From the IMG/VR virus record IMGVR_UViG_3300045988_041360, positions 1-38,582 of that record: a stretch of DNA of 38,582 nt, one strand, 5' to 3'. This document shows positions 1-6,850 of the stretch, in pieces; within the stretch, counting starts at the first letter, position 1, and each line of letters opens with the position of its first letter. A program made the position numbers and the translations under genes. The notes beneath the pieces were generated by a model. It made no database searches and was not told the origin of the DNA. It was given only the letters and a program-made list of their open reading frames with translations. Source of the stretch: a virus.

Positions 1-119
1 CAAACGATAACGACGAGGATCGCCGATTATTTGAAACGTGCCAGCTCAAGGGGAAGCGAGTAGTAAACCCCATTGTGGACTGGCAAGCGGCAGATATTTG
101 GGATTACGTCGGCGCAGAA
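1..119. repeat. Terminal direct repeat, identical to 38464-38582 (circular-closure overlap or terminal redundancy)
   Basis: Read directly: caaacgataacgacgaggatcgccg...ttacgtcggcgcagaa occurs at both ends in the same orientation. Confidence 0.95.
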
Positions 120-395
120 AAAATACCCATGAATCCGCTGTACAGCGAGGGGTTCTGCCGGGTTGGCTGCATTGGCTGTCCTATGGCATCCAAAACCAGA
201 ATCATGGAATTTGCCCGCTACCCAGAGATCAAGGCGGCGTGGATACGTTCGTTTGACAAAATGTTGATAATACGGATCGAACGGGGCATGGAAGCATACT
301 CCTGGCGCTCTGGCGTGGATGTATTCCACTGGTGGATGGAGGACGGCGTTCTGCCGGGGCAGGAAGTATTAGACGGATTTGAGGAGGATGTATGA
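1..395 (+). CDS. PAPS reductase-family (PP-loop ATP pyrophosphatase) protein, C-terminal part; continues the ORF that starts at 37980
   Basis: The frame is continuous across the junction (first full codon at 3; the 38463 bp offset is divisible by 3). Sequence ...NPIVDWQAADIWDYV...PLYSEGFCRVGCIGCP... is typical of phage PAPS-reductase-like proteins. Confidence 0.8.
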   Translation, partial: NDNDEDRRLFETCQLKGKRVVNPIVDWQAADIWDYVGAEKIPMNPLYSEGFCRVGCIGCPMASKTRIMEFARYPEIKAAWIRSFDKMLIIRIERGMEAYSWRSGVDVFHWWMEDGVLPGQEVLDGFEEDV

Positions 396-619
396 AAGAT
401 CAAAAACTCGTAAAAGCACTGCGGGAACACGCAGAATGGCAGCGCGGCAACGAATGGGAGACACCGATCACGCTGGGCGATGATCTGGCGGAAGCCGCTG
501 ACTTGATCGAGGTGCAGGCGAAAGAAATTGACGCACTGCGGAACGAACTGTGCCTGAAATGTGGAAATTACACACTGTCCCATGAGGGGGCCTGTAACGG
601 ATGTCGGTGGAGGAGGTAA
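392..619 (+). CDS. Hypothetical small protein with C-terminal CxxC...CxxC
   Basis: ATGA start/stop overlap with the upstream gene, GAGGAGG SD, 75 aa, ends CLKCGNYTLSHEGACNGCRWRR. Confidence 0.6.
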   Translation: MKDQKLVKALREHAEWQRGNEWETPITLGDDLAEAADLIEVQAKEIDALRNELCLKCGNYTLSHEGACNGCRWRR

Positions 620-623
620 GAAG

Positions 624-1106
624 ATGGAACGATTGACGACAAGAGACGCAAATTGCGCAGACCCAAAAGTACTTTATGGTGTGTGGGTAAAGAATCACGA
701 TTATATTTCAGCGGCAAACCGCCTCGCCGACTATGAAGATACTGGGCTGACGCCGGAGGAAATCGACATGGATCACGAAGCCGCAGAGCAGCTCCGCCAA
801 CTGTGCCGAGGCTGCGATCTTGCCCGGTTGGAGGAACTGGCCGAGGCCGACAAGGACGGGCGGCTGGTGGTGCTGCCGTGCAAGGCGGGAGATGCGGTGT
901 ATGAGGTTACAAGTCGAAAAACCATAAGCGAATACCGAGTAAAGGCAATTCGCGTGGAATTGTTTTGTACATTCATTGAATGGGATATCGTAGCCGGGTT
1001 TGTTGATAAATCCATTTTCGGCGTACCGGTTAATGAAATCGGCAAGACCGTATTCCTCACCCGCGAAGAGGCGGGGAAAGCATTGGAGGCGATGAAGGAT
1101 GAATGA
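624..1106 (+). CDS. Hypothetical protein (160 aa)
   Basis: ATG 624 follows the AGGAGG SD. The track start at 561 has no SD and overlaps the upstream gene. Confidence 0.6.
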   Translation: MERLTTRDANCADPKVLYGVWVKNHDYISAANRLADYEDTGLTPEEIDMDHEAAEQLRQLCRGCDLARLEELAEADKDGRLVVLPCKAGDAVYEVTSRKTISEYRVKAIRVELFCTFIEWDIVAGFVDKSIFGVPVNEIGKTVFLTREEAGKALEAMKDE

Positions 1107-1362
1107 CCTAAAACCGTGCCCGTTCTGCGGCGGCAAAGTTATCCTTGTTCTGTGCGATGACGAAGGGAATCTGCATGATGAGGCATATAGAGAACATCCT
1201 TATAGTGGGCTTGGCTTTATGCTTCACCACGCTCACGAGGAAAATCCGGAATGCCCGATTGCAAGCTATGAGTGCGATGGCGGGATTTTGGGCGGTGTTT
1301 ATATTTACGACACGGAAGACCAAGCCGCTGAAGCATGGAATAGGAGGGCTGAAAATGGCTGA
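1099..1362 (+). CDS. Lar-family restriction-alleviation-like zinc-ribbon protein
   Basis: N-terminal KPCPFCGG knuckle and C-terminal AAEAWNRR motif; 87 aa. Confidence 0.55.
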   Translation: MNDLKPCPFCGGKVILVLCDDEGNLHDEAYREHPYSGLGFMLHHAHEENPECPIASYECDGGILGGVYIYDTEDQAAEAWNRRAENG

Positions 1363-1672
1363 ATACATTGATCGGGAAGCGTTACGCAAAATTTTAGAGA
1401 ATTGGCGGGACGCTCATGCAGATGTTGATGACGAAGAGGGGTGTGGGCTGCTTGAAGATGTGATATGGGAGGTAGACGCACAGCCCGCCGCCGACGTGGC
1501 CCCGGTGGTGCGGTGCAAGGACTGCGAACACTGGGATGATGACCCCGATACTTATGGGGCAGATTGCGGTCCGAAAGGCAAATGTATGAAATCATTTGAA
1601 ACAATGTGCGCAGATGACTTTTGCTCTCGTGGTGAGAGAAAGGACGGAGGTGCTGACCATGAGGACGATTGA
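1355..1672 (+). CDS. 4-Cys domain protein, paralog A (RCKDCEH...FCSRGERKDGG)
   Basis: ATG 1355 after the GGAGGG SD. Shares the RC(K/E)DC(K/E)H and FCSxGE(R/K)K motifs with 1659..1919 and 2204..2512. Confidence 0.6.
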   Translation: MAEYIDREALRKILENWRDAHADVDDEEGCGLLEDVIWEVDAQPAADVAPVVRCKDCEHWDDDPDTYGADCGPKGKCMKSFETMCADDFCSRGERKDGGADHEDD

Positions 1673-1919
1673 CGCTGATAAACTGGTTGATATGCTATAT
1701 GACAATGAGTTTGCTGTACTTTGCCCGTTGGATGAAGTAAGCGGAGTAGTTGACGCTTGCCCCACCGTGGATGCCGTAGTTGTGACACGGTGCGAGGACT
1801 GCAAGCACCTCGTCGCGGTCAACGTCAATGGGAAAGGAATTCCAACCTGTCGAATGAGCGGCATGGAGGTCGCACCAGCCGAATTTTGCAGCCGCGGAGA
1901 GAAAGAACGGAGGTGCTGA
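1659..1919 (+). CDS. 4-Cys domain protein, paralog B (RCEDCKH...FCSRGEKERR)
   Basis: ATG 1659 lies just after AAGGACGGAGGTG, which is encoded by the C-terminal motif of paralog A. Confidence 0.6.
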   Translation: MRTIDADKLVDMLYDNEFAVLCPLDEVSGVVDACPTVDAVVVTRCEDCKHLVAVNVNGKGIPTCRMSGMEVAPAEFCSRGEKERRC

Positions 1920-2207
1920 ATGAAGATATACAAAAATCCGTGGGTGACACGAGAAAGCTACTTCGTGAAAACTGGAACTGCAAAGTCGGCAAAGATGGAG
2001 GCATCAAAATCCAGCGGCTATTCTATTGATTTTTGGGATGGCAAGTGGGTTGTTCGCAAAACGGCTTATTATAACAAGTCTTTATCTGAAATGCCTATTG
2101 TGTTCGAGGACAAATGCAGTTTGCAGGCGCGAATTGACAGGGCGATTGTGGACACGGTTCTTGAGTTTGTAGCGGTGGCCAAGATGGGCGGAGGTGACAG
2201 CGAATGA
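1920..2207 (+). CDS. Hypothetical protein (95 aa)
   Basis: ATG immediately follows the stop of paralog B (TGAATG). Its SD is supplied by the GAACGGAGGTG codons of the upstream gene. Confidence 0.55.
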   Translation: MKIYKNPWVTRESYFVKTGTAKSAKMEASKSSGYSIDFWDGKWVVRKTAYYNKSLSEMPIVFEDKCSLQARIDRAIVDTVLEFVAVAKMGGGDSE

Positions 2208-2512
2208 TAGATAACGTGATGGTGACCATTGGTGCGGCGTTTATGATCGTCGGCGGTGCTGTGCTGGTATCAGTTGTTCTCGGCGTGGCGATATATGCCG
2301 TTGCGTTGGTTTGGGTATCCGCAATCAATAAGTTGCGGAGAAAAGCGAAACTTGTTACACGGTGCAAGGATTGTAAGCACTTGTACGTGTGGAACCGAAA
2401 AGATATGTATGCATTTTGTCCTAAAACAAACATCGCGTTTTTGCCGTTTGAGCTGGACACAAGGACATTCTTTTGCAGCTACGGCGAGAGAAAGGACGGA
2501 AAGGATGGCTAA
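2204..2512 (+). CDS. Membrane-anchored 4-Cys domain protein, paralog C (RCKDCKH...FCSYGERKDG)
   Basis: ATGA overlap; N-terminal hydrophobic helix MVTIGAAFMIVGGAVLVSVVLGVAIYAVALVWV followed by the shared Cys motifs. Confidence 0.6.
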   Translation: MIDNVMVTIGAAFMIVGGAVLVSVVLGVAIYAVALVWVSAINKLRRKAKLVTRCKDCKHLYVWNRKDMYAFCPKTNIAFLPFELDTRTFFCSYGERKDGKDG

Positions 2513-2858
2513 ACAATCCGGCATGATTGCCTTTGCCGAGCAATTCGCCCAGGCGAAAGTAGACGCCGCCCAGAGGCTAACCTCACAGTACATGATCGAC
2601 ACCCTGCAAATGACCCTCCACCAGACGGAGGGGTGGGGGTATGACCGGATCATGCGGCTGACGGAGGCGTGGCAGCAGACCCAAAAGGAGTACACGCCCG
2701 CCCTCAATTCCAACGACCCGGCGGCGGACGTGATGCAGGAGCACATGGACCGGGTGCTGGCCCAGATCATCGGCGGCAAGCAACCGTTAAGGCCGTTCTC
2801 GGAGCGGTATCACGAGCTGCGGAAAGTGACATATGGGAGGCAACATGACAAACGATGA
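2505..2858 (+). CDS. Hypothetical protein (117 aa)
   Basis: ATG 2505 preceded by AAAGGACGGAAAGG; in frame with track ORF 2256..2858. Confidence 0.55.
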   Translation: MAKQSGMIAFAEQFAQAKVDAAQRLTSQYMIDTLQMTLHQTEGWGYDRIMRLTEAWQQTQKEYTPALNSNDPAADVMQEHMDRVLAQIIGGKQPLRPFSERYHELRKVTYGRQHDKR

Positions 2859-3042
2859 CAAAGCCCTGCTAAGGGCATATGCGGAAAACGACATGAACCG
2901 GGAGCAGGCTGCACGGCAGGTCTATATGCACCGAAATACGGCGGGCTACAGGTTTGAGCGCATCAAGAAAGAGACCGGGTTAGACCCGCATTGTTTTTAT
3001 GACTTGGTGGCACTGCTGCGGAAGATTGGGGAGTGCGTATGA
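2845..3042 (+). CDS. Small PucR-C-terminal-type HTH protein (possible transcription regulator)
   Basis: VYMHRNTAGYRFERIKKETGLDP resembles the PucR-type HTH. GGGAGG lies upstream. Alternative start at 2833. Confidence 0.5.
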   Translation: MTNDDKALLRAYAENDMNREQAARQVYMHRNTAGYRFERIKKETGLDPHCFYDLVALLRKIGECV

Positions 3043-3055
3043 TCGAGGTGATAGC

Positions 3056-3286
3056 ATGAGCACATTCCCGGAACGGCTGCGCAAATTGAGAGAATCTGAG
3101 CGGCCTGCTAAAAGTATGAGATTGAAAGCGGAGCTGATTGGGATCGGGCATGATACGCTGCGGAAGTACGAAACCGGGGAGAACGAACCGGCTCTCAGCC
3201 AGTTAAAGCTGATAGCGAATCATTACCACGTCAGTTTGGATGAGCTTGCATGGGATGAGGGCGAGCGAGAGAGTAAACCTTTATAG
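3056..3286 (+). CDS. XRE-family HTH protein
   Basis: FPERLRKLRE...LIGIGHDTLRKYETGENEPALSQLKLIANHYHVSLDEL is a classic Cro/C1-type HTH; GAGGTG SD. Confidence 0.65.
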   Translation: MSTFPERLRKLRESERPAKSMRLKAELIGIGHDTLRKYETGENEPALSQLKLIANHYHVSLDELAWDEGERESKPL

Positions 3287-3347
3287 TATCGCAAAAAAAA
3301 TTGGTCTTTGCCCCCAATTCGGGGCAAGCGTAGAAAAATATGTGTCA

Positions 3348-3386
3348 GAATGAGGGTGCGGGGTTATATCCGCATCCTCATTCTTT
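3348..3386 (+). terminator. Strong hairpin (14-bp stem with one G-U pair) followed by TTT; possible terminator upstream of the tRNA
   Basis: GAATGAGGGTGCGG-ggttatat-CCGCATCCTCATTC then tttcc. Confidence 0.45.
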
Positions 3387-3433
3387 CCATCCATCCTTTC
3401 TTTCCTCCTGACCCCGGCGGATGCCGGGGATAT

Positions 3434-3510
3434 GCAGACGTAGCTCAGTAGGCAAGAGCGTTTCGCCAATAATGAAAAGGTCGCTGGTTCAAGTCCAGCC
3501 GTCTGCACCA
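3434..3510 (+). tRNA. tRNA with encoded CCA; apparent anticodon AAT (Ile-like body) and an atypical anticodon loop CCAATAA
   Basis: Hand-folded cloverleaf: acceptor GCAGACG/CGTCTGC, D arm GCTC-AGTAGGCAA-GAGC, anticodon stem TTTCG/TGAAA, T arm GCTGG-TTCAAGT-CCAGC, discriminator A, CCA. Confidence 0.8.
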
Positions 3511-3797
3511 TGGCAGGGAGCGTTTCGGGTGATACGCCTCTGCCCCTGTTCGTAAAATATAAGCTGCAGCCCGCAAAAGCAGCTCGTCTCCGGCAACTGG
3601 TACTTGCCCTTGACGCCCCGGTGCAATTCCGGTTGGGCATAGGACCCCTCGCACCTCTCAACGATGTGTCCCAGAGGGGACATTACGCATTGTGGCTTAG
3701 TTGGAAGAGCCATTCAGTGTAGAGTGCCCTTCGGGGCGGGTAAAGTCTGCTATGTAAGGCCAAGGGGTGGGGGCCGGTAGCAAAACAGGAGGATGGC

Positions 3798-4373
3798 ATG
3801 GAAATCACAAAACGGCGGCTTGCGGATATTGTGCCGTATGCCGCAAACGCAAAAAAGCATGATAAGCGGCAAATCAACAACGTTGCGGAGAGCATCAAGC
3901 AGTATGGTTTTGTACAGCCGATTGTGATTGACCGTGACGGCGTGATCGTAATCGGCCACTGCCGTGCTTTGGCGGCAAAGAAGCTTGGTATGGAAGAAGT
4001 GCCTTGCGTCTGCGTAGACGATCTGACACCGGAGCAGGTGAACGCCCTGCGGCTGGTGGATAACAAGAGCAACGAGAGCGACTGGGACTTTGACCTCCTG
4101 GCTGATGAGCTGCCCGGTCTCGACCTGTCGGCGTTTGATTTCGACTGGGGGATTGAAAACGAGGATGAGTATGGCACTGATTTTTCCTTGCCGGATGGGG
4201 ACAAATCGGAAATCTGCCAAATGACATTTACGCTCCACGAACAGCAAAAAGAACTAATCGAATATGCTATGACGTGCGTTGAAGATGAAATAACAGAAAC
4301 GTTTGGCAACGCCAATAAAAACGGGAACGCATTGTATGAGGTGATACGGCAATGGGCAGCGCAAAAGACCTGA
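3798..4373 (+). CDS. ParB-like N-terminal (nuclease/NTPase) domain protein
   Basis: [54 protein letters not shown] matches the ParB/Srx-fold core motif; AGGAGG SD. Confidence 0.8.
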   Translation: MEITKRRLADIVPYAANAKKHDKRQINNVAESIKQYGFVQPIVIDRDGVIVIGHCRALAAKKLGMEEVPCVCVDDLTPEQVNALRLVDNKSNESDWDFDLLADELPGLDLSAFDFDWGIENEDEYGTDFSLPDGDKSEICQMTFTLHEQQKELIEYAMTCVEDEITETFGNANKNGNALYEVIRQWAAQKT

Positions 4374-5083
4374 TTGTAAAAGTTATTCCAAGCAAGGTTG
4401 CCGTTCCGTTTATGAAAACGCACCATTACAGCGGCAAGGTTGTGAATAACAGCAATTTGCATTTCGGCGTGTTTTACGAAGGCAGACTTCACGGCGTCAT
4501 GTCCTTTGGCCCGTCTTTGGATAAGTCTAAAATCCAAGGGCTTGTTGATGGAACCGGGTGGAACGAATTCATCGAATTGAACCGCATGGCGTTTGACGAT
4601 GTTCTCCCACGCAATAGCGAAAGCCGCGCGATTTCGATTGCAATGAAACTAATCCGCAAAAACGCGCCGCAAATCAAATGGGTAATTTCGTTTGCGGATG
4701 GGTGTTCGTGCGGAGACGGGACGATATACAGAGCGAGTGGTTTTGTTTTGACGGCAATTAAACCGAACGGAAACCTTGTACAACTTCCGAACGGTGAGAA
4801 AATACACAAGATGACCCTCGAAAGCAATCCAACATCCCCGCGAAAAGAACTTGGCGGCAAAAGCTATTACGATATAACCGGCGGCAACTTCAATTTCAAA
4901 AAATATGTGGCTTATGTCGGCGGTGAGATTTTGACCGGGTACCAACTCCGATATATCTATTTTATTGACCAAACATATAGAGACCGGCTTACCGTTCCTA
5001 TCATTCCGTTTTCCAAAATCGACGAAATGGGCGCTGGAATGTACAAAGGGGAAAAGGTAACGCAAGCAGAAAGGCACCAGTGA
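4352..5083 (+). CDS. GNAT-fold, Mom-like (adenine methylcarbamoylation family-like) protein; putative DNA-modification enzyme
   Basis: [11 protein letters not shown]..., [16 protein letters not shown]...[15 protein letters not shown]...GTIYRASGF. From memory this resembles the phage Mom-family/GNAT pattern. The start overlaps the ParB-like gene by 22 nt. Confidence 0.45.
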   Translation: MGSAKDLIVKVIPSKVAVPFMKTHHYSGKVVNNSNLHFGVFYEGRLHGVMSFGPSLDKSKIQGLVDGTGWNEFIELNRMAFDDVLPRNSESRAISIAMKLIRKNAPQIKWVISFADGCSCGDGTIYRASGFVLTAIKPNGNLVQLPNGEKIHKMTLESNPTSPRKELGGKSYYDITGGNFNFKKYVAYVGGEILTGYQLRYIYFIDQTYRDRLTVPIIPFSKIDEMGAGMYKGEKVTQAERHQ

Positions 5084-5094
5084 CACGGCAATAT

Positions 5095-5169
5095 GCGGCG
5101 GTAGTTTAACGGTAAAACGTTCCGCATCCTGCGGAAAGATGGCGGTTCAACTCCGACCTCGCTGCTCCA
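5095..5169 (+). tRNA. tRNA-Gly(TCC)-like gene with encoded CCA, an aberrant anticodon loop (CATCCTG) and a bulged T stem; possibly non-canonical or a pseudo-tRNA
   Basis: Acceptor GCGGCGG/TCGCTGC (two G-U pairs), D arm GTTT-AACGGTA-AAAC (Gly-UCC type), anticodon stem TTCCG/CGGAA, 4-nt variable loop, T arm GGCGG-TTCAACT-CCG(A)CC, discriminator T, CCA. Confidence 0.5.
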
Positions 5170-5207
5170 AAATGCCGTGTTATGGTTCCAAAGAAAGGAG
5201 GGCGCGT

Positions 5208-5588
5208 ATGGCAAGGCCAAGAAAGGAAATAGACCAGAAGCAGTTCGAGAACCTCTGCGGTCTGCAATGCACGCTTGAGGAAATCTGCGGTTGGTTTGAT
5301 GTGACTGATAAAACACTGGATGGTTGGTGTAAACGCACCTATCATGCCAGTTTTTCCGAGGTATTTAAACAAAAGCGCGGAGCGGGGAAAATTTCGCTGC
5401 GTCGGAGCCAGTGGCGATTGGCTGAAAAGAACGCTACAATGGCGATTTTCCTCGGTAAACAATTTTTGGGGCAGCGTGACAGCGTGGACGTGGCGGTGAC
5501 GGACGCGAAGGGCATTGCATTGGACGAGTTGGAGAAGATGGTGATGCAGAATGACGCGGATACAAGCGGCGGAACTGCTGATACATAA
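5208..5588 (+). CDS. terS: Terminase small subunit
   Basis: MARPRKEIDQKQFENLCGLQCTLEEICGWFDV...KISLRRSQWRLAEKNATMAIFLGKQFLGQRD is the HTH-type small-terminase pattern. AAAGGAGGG SD. The track start at 5139 would overlap the tRNA. Confidence 0.75.
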   Translation: MARPRKEIDQKQFENLCGLQCTLEEICGWFDVTDKTLDGWCKRTYHASFSEVFKQKRGAGKISLRRSQWRLAEKNATMAIFLGKQFLGQRDSVDVAVTDAKGIALDELEKMVMQNDADTSGGTADT

Positions 5589-6816
5589 TCCCATTGCGTT
5601 CGGCCATGCCGTAGGGTTTGATAAGCTGGGCGCGCTACACAACACATGGATACAGGATATGGTGCGCGGGAGTGAGGACAAGACCTTGCAGGCGCACCGT
5701 GGCAGCTATAAAACAACGTGCGTTTCGATTGCGCTGGCGGAGATCATCGTCCTTCTGCCGAATCTCAAAACGCTGTTTATGCGGAAAACGGACGCGGACG
5801 TGAAAGAGGTTGTGCGGCAGGTGCGAAATCTGCTGCTATCGCCATACATGGAGGCACTGTGCGAAAAGATCCACGGGAAACCGCTGATCCTGACAACGGT
5901 ATCCGCGACGGAGATTTCCACGAATCTGGCAGCGGACAACAAGGGCACGAGCCAGCTTGTGGCGTGCGGCGTGAACGGGTCCTTGACCGGTAAGCATTTC
6001 GACCGCATATTTACGGACGATATTGTAAACGTGCAGGATCGCATTTCCCGCGCAGAGCGAGACCATACAAAAACGATCTATCAGGAGTTACAGAACATCC
6101 GCAATCGGGGCGGGCGCATTTTTAACACCGGAACGCCCTGGCACAAGGAAGACGCGTTTTCCATGATGCCGAATATCGAAAAGTACGATTGCTATTCAAC
6201 CGGTCTGATCTCTGGGGATGAATTGCAAACCATTAAATCGTCTATGACGTCATCCCTGTTTGCAGCAAACTACGAGCTGCGACACATTGCCAGTGATGAT
6301 GTGATCTTTGACACGCCGCAAATGGGTGCGGAGCCTTGCCTTGCAGAGCAGGGCATTTGCCATATTGACGCGGCATACGGCGGCGATGACTATACGGCGT
6401 TCACAATCGCCCGGAAGAAGGGAACAAAATATTACCTCTATGGGCGGCTTTGGCACAAGCATGTGGACGATTGCATGAATGAGATCATCCGGCTTCGGAA
6501 GTCCTTCAATGCTGGGGAGATTTACTGCGAGACCAACGCCGACAAGGGATATTTGGCAAAGGCGTTGCGTGCGAAGGGAGAACGGGCCGTTACCTATCAC
6601 GAAAGCATGAACAAATTCCTTAAAATCACAAGCTATCTCAAGGCGGAATGGCGCAATGTGGTTTTTGTGGCCGGTACGGATGATGCGTATATCGACCAGA
6701 TTTGCGATTACAACGAGAACGTGGAGCATGATGACGCACCGGACAGCGCGGCCAGCATCGTAAAGCGGTTGTGGAACAAACGCGACAGCTCTGATTATGT
6801 TTCCATTCTGAGATAA
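5551..6816 (+). CDS. terL: Terminase large subunit
   Basis: Walker A-like QAHRGSYKTT, Walker B-like RIFTDDIV, nuclease-half motifs, sits directly upstream of the portal gene. Confidence 0.9.
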   Translation: MTRIQAAELLIHNPIAFGHAVGFDKLGALHNTWIQDMVRGSEDKTLQAHRGSYKTTCVSIALAEIIVLLPNLKTLFMRKTDADVKEVVRQVRNLLLSPYMEALCEKIHGKPLILTTVSATEISTNLAADNKGTSQLVACGVNGSLTGKHFDRIFTDDIVNVQDRISRAERDHTKTIYQELQNIRNRGGRIFNTGTPWHKEDAFSMMPNIEKYDCYSTGLISGDELQTIKSSMTSSLFAANYELRHIASDDVIFDTPQMGAEPCLAEQGICHIDAAYGGDDYTAFTIARKKGTKYYLYGRLWHKHVDDCMNEIIRLRKSFNAGEIYCETNADKGYLAKALRAKGERAVTYHESMNKFLKITSYLKAEWRNVVFVAGTDDAYIDQICDYNENVEHDDAPDSAASIVKRLWNKRDSSDYVSILR

Positions 6817-6850
6817 GGGGTGAGCGGAGATTAAGACATATAATGACCTT

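Noticed and set aside
3309-3330. Hairpin TTGCCCC...GGGGCAA after the 3056..3286 gene as its terminator
   Set aside because: The A-run precedes the stem on the + strand, so it would only act as a terminator for minus-strand transcription, and no minus-strand gene ends there. The stronger 3348-3386 hairpin is listed instead.
3510-3722. 70-aa + strand ORF immediately after the first tRNA (and minus-strand ORFs 3281..3661, 3489..3713, 3683..4537)
   Set aside because: The start codon overlaps the tRNA CCA end, there is no SD, and the composition is not protein-like. The minus-strand ORFs run through the tRNA and the ParB-like gene.
5139-5207. The longer terS start at 5139 given by the ORF track
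   Set aside because: It would begin inside the tRNA-Gly-like gene and has no SD. ATG 5208 follows AAAGGAGGG and yields the conserved MARPRKEID N-terminus.
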